Source: an uncultured Alphaproteobacteria bacterium (GTDB taxonomy: Bacteria > Pseudomonadota > Alphaproteobacteria > Rhizobiales > Xanthobacteraceae). From it: DNA of 64,000 bases. The notes under the pieces were generated by a model. The model did no database searches. It was not told the DNA's origin and saw only the letters and a program-made list of their open reading frames with translations. A program made the position numbers and the translations under genes. The stretch spans positions 133,200 through 197,199 of the forward strand of contig CAVTOV010000004.1 of assembly GCA_963736435.1 (NCBI GenBank), given 5' to 3'. This document shows positions 37,801-47,475 of the stretch, piece after piece (within the stretch, counting starts at the first letter, position 1; each line of letters opens with the position of its first letter).

Positions 37801-37971
37801 GGGCGGACCTATTATCCGAATAATCAAGGCTGGCACCTGTTTCCGTGGCAAAACCAGCCGCCGCCGCAGCCTTCACAACCCGTGGCGCGCGGCTTGATTC
37901 AGCCGTATAGCGGGCAGCAGCCTTCGCCGCGGCAGAACCAGGATTACTTCTGGGGCGGCCGCGTAAACTAG
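34837..37971 (+). CDS. class-A penicillin-binding protein (transglycosylase/transpeptidase) with long N- and C-terminal extensions
   Basis: GT51 motifs EDRRFFQHHGVDERG and GGSTITQQVVKNL. Transpeptidase motifs SAMK (..QPGSAMKPLTY..) and KTGTT. An unassigned N-terminal region of about 160 aa and an Asn/Gln/Pro-rich tail of about 170 aa. Confidence 0.9.
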   Translation: MDTILVKIFATALALSEVTTQPQAVKTHFDPAQDQAQVVQLLRDGCAHMKQAFDIELINVDELISTALDDPSAMGADIKAFHGLNFADLNTAYHQFCKNENIDKPVVDLGQVIDFYNNAATDLPDPAQLKGKKLPSTTVVLDGAGKDFANVFEPGNRRIWLPIGDIPAVVQKAFIAAEDRRFFQHHGVDERGIIRAFIGNLGDSGRPQGGSTITQQVVKNLLVGEDVTYERKIREMIVASRLENTLSKNEILELYLNSAYLGRGSWGVEMASRTYFGKSVKDLTAGEAAMLAGLLKGPNYFNPDRHPDRMKDRLAYVLGRMQEDGVINSTQKDEALATPPKLVAYQPSHRDIGFHFVDFLGREAKTDGVPNMTAQSYTVHSTINAQLQRTAEAALQEGLAHYEISMGRVQFHGPEANLTDAIQKLSAAGQNSAAATPAWQRALQAFHMPLYDVHWTPVVVVQKGDSRKGDDTLRVGLPDGRIMALSGASSQIRRSLSLYDVVFANVTETKTREVPIRQTKNGDPRNKTKTVTVAAGQAQLRVRPTVQGAALVLENKTGRILAMAGGFSYPLSQLNRTAQTQRQPGSAMKPLTYLTALQRGLQPNTLVLNEPITLPPIGMRTDGRDGISRMYDGNARPEDYWSPRNADYNEGGVYTMRRGLENSVNVVTAHILDGGIDPDPAKSLDSVCATAMAAKIYSECVRFYPFVLGAQPVRMIDLAPFYAAVANEGALPQPHGIDSIEQNGHTIYQYPDTPLPRIGAADRASFYQLKTMLQGVVARGTARAIGGLSPYVAGKTGTTEDAVDGWFVGFTNDVTVAVWVGYDNGDGKRRSLGSSETGARVALPIFQPIIEDIWAQHIAPKAPLAGPSPEAKHDLVDIPIDYVSGDRIGSNNQNNNQNNNQNNNQNNGGLFGNGGLFGGAPPPPPARSGSAFVEHFRRAPDGQPEDTQYELVSREEAYNQSQPQQQQESNDQNWFWGGSQNNSGGQWIGRTYYPNNQGWHLFPWQNQPPPQPSQPVARGLIQPYSGQQPSPRQNQDYFWGGRVN
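37507..37554. repeat. 12-bp tandem repeat AATAATCAGAAC, 4 copies, coding (NNQN)n
   Basis: Read directly. Copies 3 and 4 carry single substitutions. It lies inside the PBP tail and is followed by two imperfect 18-bp units encoding GGLFGN/GGLFGG. Confidence 0.85.
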
Positions 37972-37988
37972 ACTTCCCTTAAAAGACA

Positions 37989-39089
37989 TTGTCATTGATT
38001 GAAGCTGCGAGAAAATTGATGCGGACGCGGTGCACGATCGTGCTCCTCAGCCTGCTTGGCTGCGGTTTTTTTGGTTCAGCCTCGAGCGCCGGTGCGGTGG
38101 ACTTTACCATCACGGACGTGGACGCGGCGCGCAAAGCCGACGTAGCGCAGTTTAAATCCGGCACCATCGAATTCAGCGATCACACCGGCGCGGGCGCGAT
38201 CAACAGCGAAACCGCACTCGTCGGTTTCAGCGACTGGGCCGATAAGCATCCCACCGAGAAAAAATTCCTGGCGCTATTTCCGAGCTACGTGGAAGCCTCA
38301 GTCGGCAAGACCGAGAACGGCATCATCAGTCAATCGGGTGAAAAAGTCACCGAAAAGCTTTCAATGTACGTGGCGCAGGCGCGCTTTATTCTCGATCGCG
38401 CGCCGGGGGCGTTAGATCTGCCGCATTACGTGACACTGCCCTTCCTCGAAAAGATCGACCCCGCCATCAAGCACAAAGAGCTGGCGCCCGCCGATGCGTT
38501 GTCACTCAAGGACGACGCCGGCACCGGCAATGACAATCCCGACCGCAAATGGTGCACCGGCCGTACGACATCGATCTGCATCCAGTCGGTCTACAAGCTC
38601 GAGGGCAAGATCCCGATGGGGATCATGCTGGTCAACAAATTGCGAGAGAGCGCCAAGAAGGTCGTCGATCACATCGATTTCCAGAGCGAGTTCTCGGCGC
38701 TGGCGCCGGCTGATCTCGACCAGGCCGGCTTGCAACAACTGACCACGCTCGACAGCCCGGTTTCCGGGGTGCTCGAACAGGATATTTTCTACGTCAACCA
38801 GATCATGAAATTCGGCAAATTCTTCGCCGTCTTCCAGGATGATCCGAGCGACGCCAATAAGACGGTCGTCACGGCATTTATGGTCCTTGCAATCAAGACG
38901 CGTGTGCTCGACGAGAAGCGCGGCTTCGAGAGCATCCCGGTGCTGCGCAATCTGGTCCCGGCGCAGGTCTTGATGGGGCAGTCGTCGTTCAATTCAGGCG
39001 ATTCGATCAGCGCCGGCTTGCCGAAATACGCCCGCAACGAAATCAGGACCGTCGCCGGCCTGTTGGCGAACGACCCAAGCCCGAAATAG
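37989..39089 (+). CDS. exported or lipoprotein hypothetical protein
   Basis: 366 aa with a signal sequence ..[26 protein letters not shown] (possible lipobox LLGC). No recognisable domain. It starts 18 nt after the PBP stop. The start may instead be the Met at 38019. Confidence 0.6.
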   Translation: MSLIEAARKLMRTRCTIVLLSLLGCGFFGSASSAGAVDFTITDVDAARKADVAQFKSGTIEFSDHTGAGAINSETALVGFSDWADKHPTEKKFLALFPSYVEASVGKTENGIISQSGEKVTEKLSMYVAQARFILDRAPGALDLPHYVTLPFLEKIDPAIKHKELAPADALSLKDDAGTGNDNPDRKWCTGRTTSICIQSVYKLEGKIPMGIMLVNKLRESAKKVVDHIDFQSEFSALAPADLDQAGLQQLTTLDSPVSGVLEQDIFYVNQIMKFGKFFAVFQDDPSDANKTVVTAFMVLAIKTRVLDEKRGFESIPVLRNLVPAQVLMGQSSFNSGDSISAGLPKYARNEIRTVAGLLANDPSPK

Positions 39090-39184
39090 CGCCTCGAAGC
39101 GCCTTTTTCGTTCGGCCTAGCCACAGGCCCCACCTTCGTATTAATTCCCTGCCGGTAATCTCGAGCGAGCGCAGAACCGGAAAT

Positions 39185-42100
39185 ATGCCGAGTAATTGGG
39201 AATTCTGGATCGATCGCGGCGGCACCTTCACCGACGTGATCGGCAGGCGGCCGGACGGCGCGCTTCTCACCCACAAGCTTCTATCGGAAAATCCCGAAGC
39301 TTACCGGGACGCAGCGGTGCACGGCATCCGCCACCTGCTCGGCCTTCCGCCCGGCGAGGCGATCCCGAGCGACCGCATCGGCGCGGTGAAGATGGGCACC
39401 ACGGTCGCGACCAATGCGCTGCTCGAGCGTAAGGGCGACCGCACTGTTCTCGTCATCACCAAGGGTTTTCGCGACGCGTTGCGCATCGGCTATCAGGCGC
39501 GGCCGAAAATCTTTGCTAAGCACATCATCAAGCCCGACATGCTCTACGAGCGCGTGATCGAGGTCGACGAGCGGGTGCGGGCCGACGGCACGGTGGAGCA
39601 CGAGGTCGATCTTGACACCCTGCGCGGCGAACTTGAGCAGGCCAAGACTGACGGCATCGGTGCCGTCGCTATCGTGCTGATGCATGCCTATCGCTCCAGC
39701 GAGCATGAACAGCGCGTTGCAGCGCTGGCGCGGGAGATCGGCTTTCCGCAGGTCTCCGCCAGCCATGAAGTGTCGCCGCTGATCAAGCTGGTCAGCCGCG
39801 GCGACACCACCGTGGTCGACAGCTATCTTTCACCGATCCTGCAACGCTACGTCGCGCAAGTCGCGGACGATCTGAGTCCGCCCTCCCCTGCAGGGGGAGG
39901 TGAGAAAACCCGCCTGATGTTCATGATGTCGTCGGGCGGCCTGACGGCCGCCGATCTGTTCCGTGGTAAGGATGCGATCCTGTCGGGTCCGGCGGGCGGT
40001 GTCGTCGGCATGGCCGAGACCGGGCGGTCGGCGGGCTTTACCAAACTCATCGGCTTCGACATGGGCGGCACCTCGACCGACGTGTCGCATTTCGCCGGCG
40101 AATACGAGCGCGCCTTCGAGACCGAAGTCGCCGGCGTGCGCATGCGGGCGCCGATGATGCTGATCCATACCGTCGCCGCCGGCGGCGGCTCGATCCTGCA
40201 TTTCGACGGCGCGCGATTTCGCGTCGGCCCGGACTCCGCCGGCGCCAATCCGGGGCCGAAATGCTACCGCCGCGGCGGTCCGCTCGCCGTCACGGATGCC
40301 AATGTCATGGTTGGCAAGCTCATTCCGGATTTCTTTCCGAAGATCTTCGGGCCGGACCAGAATTTGGCGCTCGATGCCGACGCCGTGCGCGAAGCTTTCG
40401 CCAAGCTGGCGAAGGAGATCGGCGACGGCAAGACCGCCGAACAGGCCGCCGACGGCTTCATCAAGATCGCCGTCGAAAACATGGCGAATGCGATCAAGAA
40501 GATTTCAGTGCAGCGCGGTTATGACGTGACCCGCTATGCGCTCAATTGCTTCGGCGGCGCCGGTGGTCAACATGCTTGCCTGGTCGCCGATGCGCTCGGC
40601 ATGACGAGCGTGCTGATTCATCCGCTGTCGTCGCTGCTTTCCGCCTACGGCATGGGCCTTGCCGACATCCGCAGCGTCCGCCAGCAGGCCGTCGAGGAGC
40701 CGTTCGGCAAAAAGGCCTTCACGGCGCTCGAGGCACAGGCAAAACGGCTCGCGCGGGACGTCACCGAGGAAGTCGCCGGCCAGGGCGTCACCAAGGACAA
40801 GATCACGTTGCACGTCCGCGCCCACATCCGCTACGCCGGCACCGACACGCCCTTGATTGTCGATGCCGGCAAGTCGAACCCAGCCGAACGTGGCGGCCTC
40901 AATTTGGCGTCGCTTGAGACGATGAAATCCGGCTTCGAGCGCGCGCATAAAGCGCGGTTCGGCTTCATCGACCGCAAGAAATCGCTGGTCATCGAAGCGG
41001 TCTCGGTCGAAGCCGTCGGCGGCGGCGCGGCGTTCAAGGAAAAGCCGCGCAAGACCACGCGCACCAAATTGCCGGCGCCGACGCGGCGCACCCGGTTCTA
41101 CTCCGGCGGCAAGTGGCACCGGGCGCTGGTCTATACCCGCGACCAGCTCGCACCGGGCCACAAGGTCAAAGGACCGGCCATCATCATCGAACCGCATCAG
41201 ACGGTCGTCGTCGAGCATGGCTGGCAGGCCGAACTAACGGCAAAGGATCACCTGGTGCTGCGGCGGGTGCAAAAGCTCGTGCGCAACCGCGCCATCGGCA
41301 CCCGCGCCGATCCGGTGATGCTCGAAGTGTTCAATAATCTCTTCATGTCGATCGCCGAGCAGATGGGCGTGGCGCTGCAGAACACCGCCTACTCCACCAA
41401 CATCAAAGAGCGGCTCGATTTCTCTTGCGCGGTATTCGACGGCAACGGCTCGCTGGTGGCGAATGCGCCGCATATGCCGGTCCATCTCGGCTCCATGGAC
41501 CGCGCGGTCGAGACCATCATTCGCGAGAACAAAGGCACGGTGCGGCCGGGCAACGCCTACATCATCAACGCGCCCTATAACGGCGGCACGCATCTGCCCG
41601 ATCTCACGGTCTGCACGCCGGTATTCGACGGCAAGAAGATCCTTTTCTGGGTCGCGTCGCGCGGGCACCATGCCGATATCGGCGGCATTTCGCCGGGCTC
41701 GATGTCGCCGAACGCGACCACGATCGAGCAGGAAGGCATCTTGTTTGACAATTTCAAGGTCGTCGACCGCGGCCGCTTTCGCGAAAAAGAACTATATGCG
41801 GAGTTGGGCAGTGGTCCCTATCCGGCCCGCAATCCGTTGCAGAACGTCAACGACGTCAAGGCGCAGATGGCCGCCAACGAAATGGGCGTGCGCGAACTGC
41901 GCAAAATGGTGAAGCATTTCACGCTGCCGGTGGTGCATGCCTATATGCGGCACGTGCAGGACAATGCCGCCGAGAGCGTGCGGCGCGTCATCGACCGGCT
42001 GCACGACAGCGCCTTTGCGATCGAAACCGATCAGGGCAATGCGATCAAAGTCCGCATCACCGTCGACAAGAAGAAGCGCGAGGCGACAGTCGACTTCACC

Positions 42101-42835
42101 GGGACGAGCCCGCAGCAGCCGTCGAATTTCAACGCGCCGGAGCCGGTGGCGCGCGCCGCGGTGCTCTACGTGTTCCGCGTCATGGTCGACGACGACATCC
42201 CGATGAATGCCGGCTGTCTGCGTCCGATCCGGCTTGTCATTCCCAAGCGCTCGATGCTGTCGCCGGAATATCCCGCGGCCGTGGTCGCCGGCAATGTCGA
42301 GACCTCGCAGGAGGTGACCAATTGCCTGTTCGCCGCGCTCGGCGCCATGGCGGCGGCGCAAGGCACCATGAACAATGTCAATTTCGGCAACGATCGCTAT
42401 CAGTATTACGAGACGATCTGCTCCGGCTCGCCGGCAGGACCGGGATTTCCCGGCACCGACGCCGTGCACACGCATATGACCAATACGCGGCTCACCGATC
42501 CGGAAATTCTGGAATTCCGCTTTCCGGTCGTGCTCGAAGACTTCCACATCCGCAAAGGCTCGGGCGGCCGCGGACAATGGAATGCCGGCGACGGCATCCG
42601 CCGTACCATCCGGTTCCTGGAAAAGATGGAATGCACGGTGCTCACCGGCCATCGCCGCATTCCGCCGTTCGGGCTTGCCGGCGGCGGCGATGGGCAAGTT
42701 GGCGAGAACTGGGTTCGGCGCGCGGACGGACGCATGGAAAAGCTGCAAGGCTGCGACGCCACCATGATCGACGCCGGCGAGGCCGTCATCATCCAGTCGC
42801 CGACCGCGGGTGGCTACGGCAAATCAACCGGCTGA
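39185..42835 (+). CDS. fused hydantoinase A/B family protein (ATP-dependent 5-oxoprolinase-like)
   Basis: 1216 aa. The N-terminus [16 protein letters not shown].. is HyuA-type. The C-terminal half (..[27 protein letters not shown]..) is HyuB-type. Confidence 0.9.
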   Translation: MPSNWEFWIDRGGTFTDVIGRRPDGALLTHKLLSENPEAYRDAAVHGIRHLLGLPPGEAIPSDRIGAVKMGTTVATNALLERKGDRTVLVITKGFRDALRIGYQARPKIFAKHIIKPDMLYERVIEVDERVRADGTVEHEVDLDTLRGELEQAKTDGIGAVAIVLMHAYRSSEHEQRVAALAREIGFPQVSASHEVSPLIKLVSRGDTTVVDSYLSPILQRYVAQVADDLSPPSPAGGGEKTRLMFMMSSGGLTAADLFRGKDAILSGPAGGVVGMAETGRSAGFTKLIGFDMGGTSTDVSHFAGEYERAFETEVAGVRMRAPMMLIHTVAAGGGSILHFDGARFRVGPDSAGANPGPKCYRRGGPLAVTDANVMVGKLIPDFFPKIFGPDQNLALDADAVREAFAKLAKEIGDGKTAEQAADGFIKIAVENMANAIKKISVQRGYDVTRYALNCFGGAGGQHACLVADALGMTSVLIHPLSSLLSAYGMGLADIRSVRQQAVEEPFGKKAFTALEAQAKRLARDVTEEVAGQGVTKDKITLHVRAHIRYAGTDTPLIVDAGKSNPAERGGLNLASLETMKSGFERAHKARFGFIDRKKSLVIEAVSVEAVGGGAAFKEKPRKTTRTKLPAPTRRTRFYSGGKWHRALVYTRDQLAPGHKVKGPAIIIEPHQTVVVEHGWQAELTAKDHLVLRRVQKLVRNRAIGTRADPVMLEVFNNLFMSIAEQMGVALQNTAYSTNIKERLDFSCAVFDGNGSLVANAPHMPVHLGSMDRAVETIIRENKGTVRPGNAYIINAPYNGGTHLPDLTVCTPVFDGKKILFWVASRGHHADIGGISPGSMSPNATTIEQEGILFDNFKVVDRGRFREKELYAELGSGPYPARNPLQNVNDVKAQMAANEMGVRELRKMVKHFTLPVVHAYMRHVQDNAAESVRRVIDRLHDSAFAIETDQGNAIKVRITVDKKKREATVDFTGTSPQQPSNFNAPEPVARAAVLYVFRVMVDDDIPMNAGCLRPIRLVIPKRSMLSPEYPAAVVAGNVETSQEVTNCLFAALGAMAAAQGTMNNVNFGNDRYQYYETICSGSPAGPGFPGTDAVHTHMTNTRLTDPEILEFRFPVVLEDFHIRKGSGGRGQWNAGDGIRRTIRFLEKMECTVLTGHRRIPPFGLAGGGDGQVGENWVRRADGRMEKLQGCDATMIDAGEAVIIQSPTAGGYGKSTG

Positions 42836-43711
42836 GCGCTTGCGCCGCCGCGCCTTTTGCGGCAGCGCGACCGGCGAGATGGTCTGGCGCGCGGTCGCTT
42901 CAAAGACCTCGAAGAAGCCGAACGCCAGCAGCCCGAGCGCCGCGATGGCGAGGAATATCCCGCCATAGGAATGGTGCTGCACAGCCCGCAGCACGCCCGC
43001 CAGACTAAGCGCGATTCCCGAATCCAAATCGTAATCGGCAACGCCCAAATAGCAGCCGAGCATGAGAAACACGAAGCCGCGGGTCAGGATGCCGAACGAG
43101 CCCAGCGCGGTCGCGACATTGCGCGCCGTCTCGGTCGTATCGAGCCGGTCGCGATAAGGAGCCTGGAACGCCTTCACCCCGAGCCCAATGCCGACGGCGA
43201 TAAATCCAGCGGCAATCAACGCGATAACCGTGCGCCCGAGCGGTTGCGCCATCACCCACCCGGTCCATTCACGGGCGGATTGATCCTCGCTCTTCCCTCG
43301 CGCCTCGAAAGTGATGCGTGCGGTGGCGAGCGCCAACGCGACATAGAATATGCTGCTGCCTGCAAGCGAGCCCCGCCGCATCAAACCATAAAGGCTGCCG
43401 CCGTGACCATCCGCGTCGAGAACGGATTGCGCCAAGCGCCAGCCGGCGAAGCACAACAGACCCGCAGCCAGCGTCCACAAAAAATAGCCCCCGAAAGGTT
43501 TTAGAAAAACAAACTCCAGGGAGTCGCGTGCGCCTTCCGGATGCGTACCGACCCCGCCGGCCGACAGCAGCGCGAAACCGCCAATGATCAGAAAGATGAT
43601 GCCACGCGCTGCATAACCGATGCGCACCATCCAGATCAGAGGCCCACTGGTTAAAACCCTGGGCCTGAAGTTCTTCGCCGCGCGGTTATTCACGCCATGA
43701 CAAAGGACCAA
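42824..43711 (-). CDS. DUF1206 membrane protein
   Basis: Repeated paired-TM units with ..[17 protein letters not shown].. and ..[14 protein letters not shown].. A 12-nt convergent overlap with the oxoprolinase 3' end. Confidence 0.7.
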   Translation of the reverse strand: MVLCHGVNNRAAKNFRPRVLTSGPLIWMVRIGYAARGIIFLIIGGFALLSAGGVGTHPEGARDSLEFVFLKPFGGYFLWTLAAGLLCFAGWRLAQSVLDADGHGGSLYGLMRRGSLAGSSIFYVALALATARITFEARGKSEDQSAREWTGWVMAQPLGRTVIALIAAGFIAVGIGLGVKAFQAPYRDRLDTTETARNVATALGSFGILTRGFVFLMLGCYLGVADYDLDSGIALSLAGVLRAVQHHSYGGIFLAIAALGLLAFGFFEVFEATARQTISPVALPQKARRRKRSAG

Positions 43712-43747
43712 CGCGTCTTCGGTTCCATGGCGGCCAATTCAGGCCGA

Positions 43748-44158
43748 TCATGAAGATTTTCGCGACACCGAATACTTCATGTTGGCCTTGCCGCCGTCCC
43801 AATAGAACGTGTAGTCGACGGTCACCGTGCCATTGTCCGGTAACGGCAAGACCGCATTGCACACGACCTGATCCTGACCGCTCGACACGGTCTTGATCGG
43901 CTCATATTTTGTCGGCTCGAGCTTGAGCTGTTTGAGAACGTCGGTAAGCGTGTGCTTGGCGCGGTCCGAATCGCATTCCGGCAGGACGAAGTGGTCGCGC
44001 AGTCCGCTGTAGATAAAAACGCCGGCGACGGCCGCGACAGGGATGCCGATGAGCCGCACGGCCAAACGGTATCGCCGGACCGGTGGCGGCGGGTTAGGAC
44101 GGGACCAGCGCCGAGCACGAATAGGAGGGGTTGGTTCTGGTGACGAGTCGTCGGCCAT
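43748..44158 (-). CDS. membrane-anchored hypothetical protein
   Basis: 136 aa with a Pro/Arg-rich N-terminus, one TM helix (LIGIPVAAVAGVFIY) and a ~90-aa extracytoplasmic domain. It sits 13 nt downstream of pntB on the same strand. Confidence 0.5.
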   Translation of the reverse strand: MADDSSPEPTPPIRARRWSRPNPPPPVRRYRLAVRLIGIPVAAVAGVFIYSGLRDHFVLPECDSDRAKHTLTDVLKQLKLEPTKYEPIKTVSSGQDQVVCNAVLPLPDNGTVTVDYTFYWDGGKANMKYSVSRKSS

Positions 44159-44170
44159 AGCCGCAGATTA

Positions 44171-45565
44171 CTACACCGCCTTGACGATCTCTTCGGTCAT
44201 TTTTTTGGCATCGCCGAGGAGCATCATGGTGTTGTCGCGGTAGAATAGCGGGTTGTCGATGCCGGCATAGCCCGAGGCCAGCGAGCGCTTGTTGAACATC
44301 ACCGTGCCAGCCTTCCACACCTGCAACACGGGCATGCCGTAGATCGGCGATTTCGGATCTTCTTCCGCCGCCGGGTTGGTCACGTCATTGGCGCCGATCA
44401 CATAGGCGACGTCGGCCTGGGCGAATTCCGAATTGATGTTTTCCAGTTCGAAGACTTCATCATAGGGCACGTTCGCTTCGGCGAGAAGAACGTTCATGTG
44501 CCCCGGCATGCGGCCCGCGACCGGATGGATCGCGTATTTCACCTCGACGCCCTCGGCCTTGAGCTTGTCAGCCATCTCGCGCAATGCGTGCTGCGCCTGC
44601 GCCACCGCCATGCCGTAGCCCGGCACGATGATCACCTTACCGGCATTCTTCAGAATGAATCCGGCGTCTTCGGCCGAACCGATCTTGACCGGCCGGTCGC
44701 CATGCGCCGCCGCGGGCCCCGCCACCTCGCCGCCGAAGCCGCCGAGGATCACCGAGATGAAGGAGCGGTTCATGCCCTTGCACATGATGTAGGACAGGAT
44801 CGCGCCCGACGAGCCGACCAGCGCGCCGGTGATGATCAGGGCCGAATTGCCGAGTGTGAAACCGATGCCGGCGGCCGCCCAGCCCGAATAGGAGTTGAGC
44901 ATCGAGATCACGACCGGCATGTCGGCACCGCCGATCGGCACGATGATCAGGACGCCGAACAGGAACGACGCCGCCGCGATCAGCCAGAAGGTCAGGTGCT
45001 GCTGCGTTTCGAAGAACCACACGATCAGTGCGACGAGGCCGACGGCAAGCGCGATGTTGATGACATGCCGGGCCGGCAGAATAATCGGCGCGCCACTCAT
45101 GCGCCCCGACAGTTTGAGGAAGGCGATGATCGAGCCGGTGAAAGTAACGGCGCCGATGGCGACGCCGAGCGACATTTCAATGAGGCTTTGGCCGTGGATC
45201 GCGCCTTCGCTGCCGATGCCGAACGCCGCCGGCGCATAGAGCGCGCCCGCCGCGACCAGCACCGCTGCCATGCCGACCAGCGAATGGAAGGCCGCAACCA
45301 GTTCCGGCATCGATGTCATCGGCACGCGCCGGGCGATCACCGCGCCGGCGCCGCCGCCGATCGCCATGCCAAGCACCACCAAGCCCCAAGCCGTGGGACT
45401 TGCCGGCGGATGCGATGCCAGCGTGGTGGCGATCGCGATCGCCATGCCGATCATGCCGAATAGGTTGCCGCGCCGGCTGGTTTCCGGATTCGACAGGCCG
45501 CGCAGCGCCATGATGAACAGCGCGCCGGCGACGAGATAGCAAAGCGCGGCGAGGTCGGCGCTCAT
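44171..45565 (-). CDS. pntB: NAD(P) transhydrogenase subunit beta
   Basis: 464 aa with a TM domain and the dIII domain ..VIIVPGYGMAVAQAQH..KYAIHPVAGRMPGHMNVLLAEA.. Confidence 0.95.
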   Translation of the reverse strand: MSADLAALCYLVAGALFIMALRGLSNPETSRRGNLFGMIGMAIAIATTLASHPPASPTAWGLVVLGMAIGGGAGAVIARRVPMTSMPELVAAFHSLVGMAAVLVAAGALYAPAAFGIGSEGAIHGQSLIEMSLGVAIGAVTFTGSIIAFLKLSGRMSGAPIILPARHVINIALAVGLVALIVWFFETQQHLTFWLIAAASFLFGVLIIVPIGGADMPVVISMLNSYSGWAAAGIGFTLGNSALIITGALVGSSGAILSYIMCKGMNRSFISVILGGFGGEVAGPAAAHGDRPVKIGSAEDAGFILKNAGKVIIVPGYGMAVAQAQHALREMADKLKAEGVEVKYAIHPVAGRMPGHMNVLLAEANVPYDEVFELENINSEFAQADVAYVIGANDVTNPAAEEDPKSPIYGMPVLQVWKAGTVMFNKRSLASGYAGIDNPLFYRDNTMMLLGDAKKMTEEIVKAV

Positions 45566-45581
45566 GTTTCGGCCCTTCTGA

Positions 45582-45956
45582 TCACTTCTGCCGGCGCTGG
45601 AACATGGCGAGCATGCGCTTGGTCACCAGAAAGCCGCCGAAAATATTGACCGAGGCGAAGATCAGCGCGACGAAGCCGAGCCCGCGGGCCCAGATCGGAC
45701 CAGCCTCATCGCCGACGAGCGCGACGCCGACCGCGAGCAAGGCGCCGACGACGATCACCGACGAGATCGCATTGGTCACCGACATCAGCGGCGTGTGCAG
45801 CGCGGGCGTCACCGACCAGACGACGAAATAGCCGACAAAGACCGCCAGCACGAAGATCGACAACCGGAACATGAAAGGATTTGCGACGTCACCGGCGGCG
45901 TGCGCCGCACCCACCGCTGCGAGGTCGAGTTGGCCGAGGATCGAAAGCGTTATCAT
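45582..45956 (-). CDS. pntA: NAD(P) transhydrogenase subunit alpha part 2 (membrane dII segment)
   Basis: 124 aa with ..[34 protein letters not shown].. Confidence 0.9.
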   Translation of the reverse strand: MITLSILGQLDLAAVGAAHAAGDVANPFMFRLSIFVLAVFVGYFVVWSVTPALHTPLMSVTNAISSVIVVGALLAVGVALVGDEAGPIWARGLGFVALIFASVNIFGGFLVTKRMLAMFQRRQK

Positions 45957-45977
45957 GGTCGCCCTCCGGCTTGTTTG

Positions 45978-47111
45978 TCAGGTTGCGGATTTGGGTTGGA
46001 AATTCGGATGCACGATCGCGCCATCGCGGGTGAGCACGGTACCTTTGACGATTTCGTCGTCCCAATTGATCGCGAGCTTCTTTTCTTTCTTGTCGATCAG
46101 CGTCTCAAGGAACGTAAGCAGGTTCTTCGCGTAGAGCGAGGATGCGGAAGCCGCCAGGCGTCCCGGCACGTTGAGATGGCCGACGATCTTGACGGCGCCG
46201 ACTTGGGCCACCTCTCCGGCTTTGACGCCTTCGACGTTACCGCCGCGTTCAACCGCCAGATCGACGATGACCGAACCCGGCCGCATCGACGCCACCATCT
46301 CCTTGGTCACCAGCCGCGGCGCCGGTCGGCCGGGAATGAGCGCCGTGGTGATAACGATATCCTGTTTCTTGATGTGCTCGGCGGTGAGCGCTTCCTGCTT
46401 CGCCTTGTATTCCGGCGACATTTCCTTGGCGTAGCCGCCGGCAGTCTGCGCGTTCTTGAATTCCTCGTCCTCGACCGCGAGGAATTTCGCACCCAGGCTT
46501 TCGACCTGCTCCTTGGTGGCCGGACGCACATCGGTGGCGGTGACGATGGCGCCAAGCCGGCGCGCCGTCGCGATCGCCTGCAAGCCGGCAACGCCAACGC
46601 CCATGATGAATACTTTGGCCGCCGGCACGGTGCCGGCCGCGGTCATCATCATCGGCAGCGCCCGGCCATATTCTTCGGCGGCGTCGATAACGGCGCGGTA
46701 GCCGGCGAGGTTGGCCTGACTGGAGAGCACGTCCATCGACTGCGCGCGCGTGATACGCGGCATCAATTCCATTGCGAAAGCGACAACACCGGCGTCAGCC
46801 ATCTGCTTGAGCGCGGTCTCGTTGCCATAAGGATCCATGATGGCAACGACCAGGGCGCCCTTTTTATAACCGGCGAGTTCGCTCGCCGTAGGCCGCCGTA
46901 CCTTGAGGACGATATCGGCGCCATTGGCCGCACCGGCAGCAACGCTCGCGCCAGCAGCGGTATAGTCGGCGTCGAGGATACCGGACTTGATGCCGGCGCC
47001 CGGCTCGACCGCGACTTCGGCACCAAGGCCAGTGAGCTTTTTGACGGTTTCCGGCGTTGCCGCCACCCGCGGCTCGCCCGGATCGGTCTCAGCAGTGACC
47101 GCGACCTTCAT
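45978..47111 (-). CDS. pntA: NAD(P) transhydrogenase subunit alpha part 1 (dI)
   Basis: 377 aa with ..RVAATPETVKKL.. and ..VFIMGVGVAGLQAIATARRLGA.. (alanine-dehydrogenase-like). Confidence 0.95.
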   Translation of the reverse strand: MKVAVTAETDPGEPRVAATPETVKKLTGLGAEVAVEPGAGIKSGILDADYTAAGASVAAGAANGADIVLKVRRPTASELAGYKKGALVVAIMDPYGNETALKQMADAGVVAFAMELMPRITRAQSMDVLSSQANLAGYRAVIDAAEEYGRALPMMMTAAGTVPAAKVFIMGVGVAGLQAIATARRLGAIVTATDVRPATKEQVESLGAKFLAVEDEEFKNAQTAGGYAKEMSPEYKAKQEALTAEHIKKQDIVITTALIPGRPAPRLVTKEMVASMRPGSVIVDLAVERGGNVEGVKAGEVAQVGAVKIVGHLNVPGRLAASASSLYAKNLLTFLETLIDKKEKKLAINWDDEIVKGTVLTRDGAIVHPNFQPKSAT

Positions 47112-47171
47112 GGTTCCTCCGACGAGGGCATGGCCGGCTCAGACCGATGTCGGTATTTCTAAGGGTGGGAT

Positions 47172-47324
47172 TCAGGTTAGAAATATCGCCATGAGAATAA
47201 CGATGGCGATGACGATTGCCATCCCCACCTTCACCATGGTGATGAAACCACGGTAGGTCTGTTCATGAGCGGCGTAATCGTTGCCCGTTGCAGTCGCGTA
47301 TTGGACTTCGCCGTGATCGGCCAT
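47172..47324 (-). CDS. 50-aa aa3-type cytochrome oxidase subunit IV-like (COX4_pro_2) peptide
   Basis: Hand translation: MADHGEVQYATATGNDYAAHEQTYRGFITMVKVGMAIVIAIVILMAIFLT. It lies 60 nt upstream of pntA on the same strand. The family call rests on recollection of similar peptides upstream of pntA in Rhizobiales. Confidence 0.55.
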   Translation of the reverse strand: MADHGEVQYATATGNDYAAHEQTYRGFITMVKVGMAIVIAIVILMAIFLT

Positions 47325-47475
47325 TCATCTCTCCAAACCTAGGTGCAAAAGGCTCAACTCAGCACCGGCGGACTTAGCGTAATTGCGTTTCCAGGGCAAC
47401 CGGAGCGGTGTCGATAGCTTGCTCGGGAGCGCTCAAATCCCTACTCTCTAGGGAAACGCCCAAACGGATAAAGCC

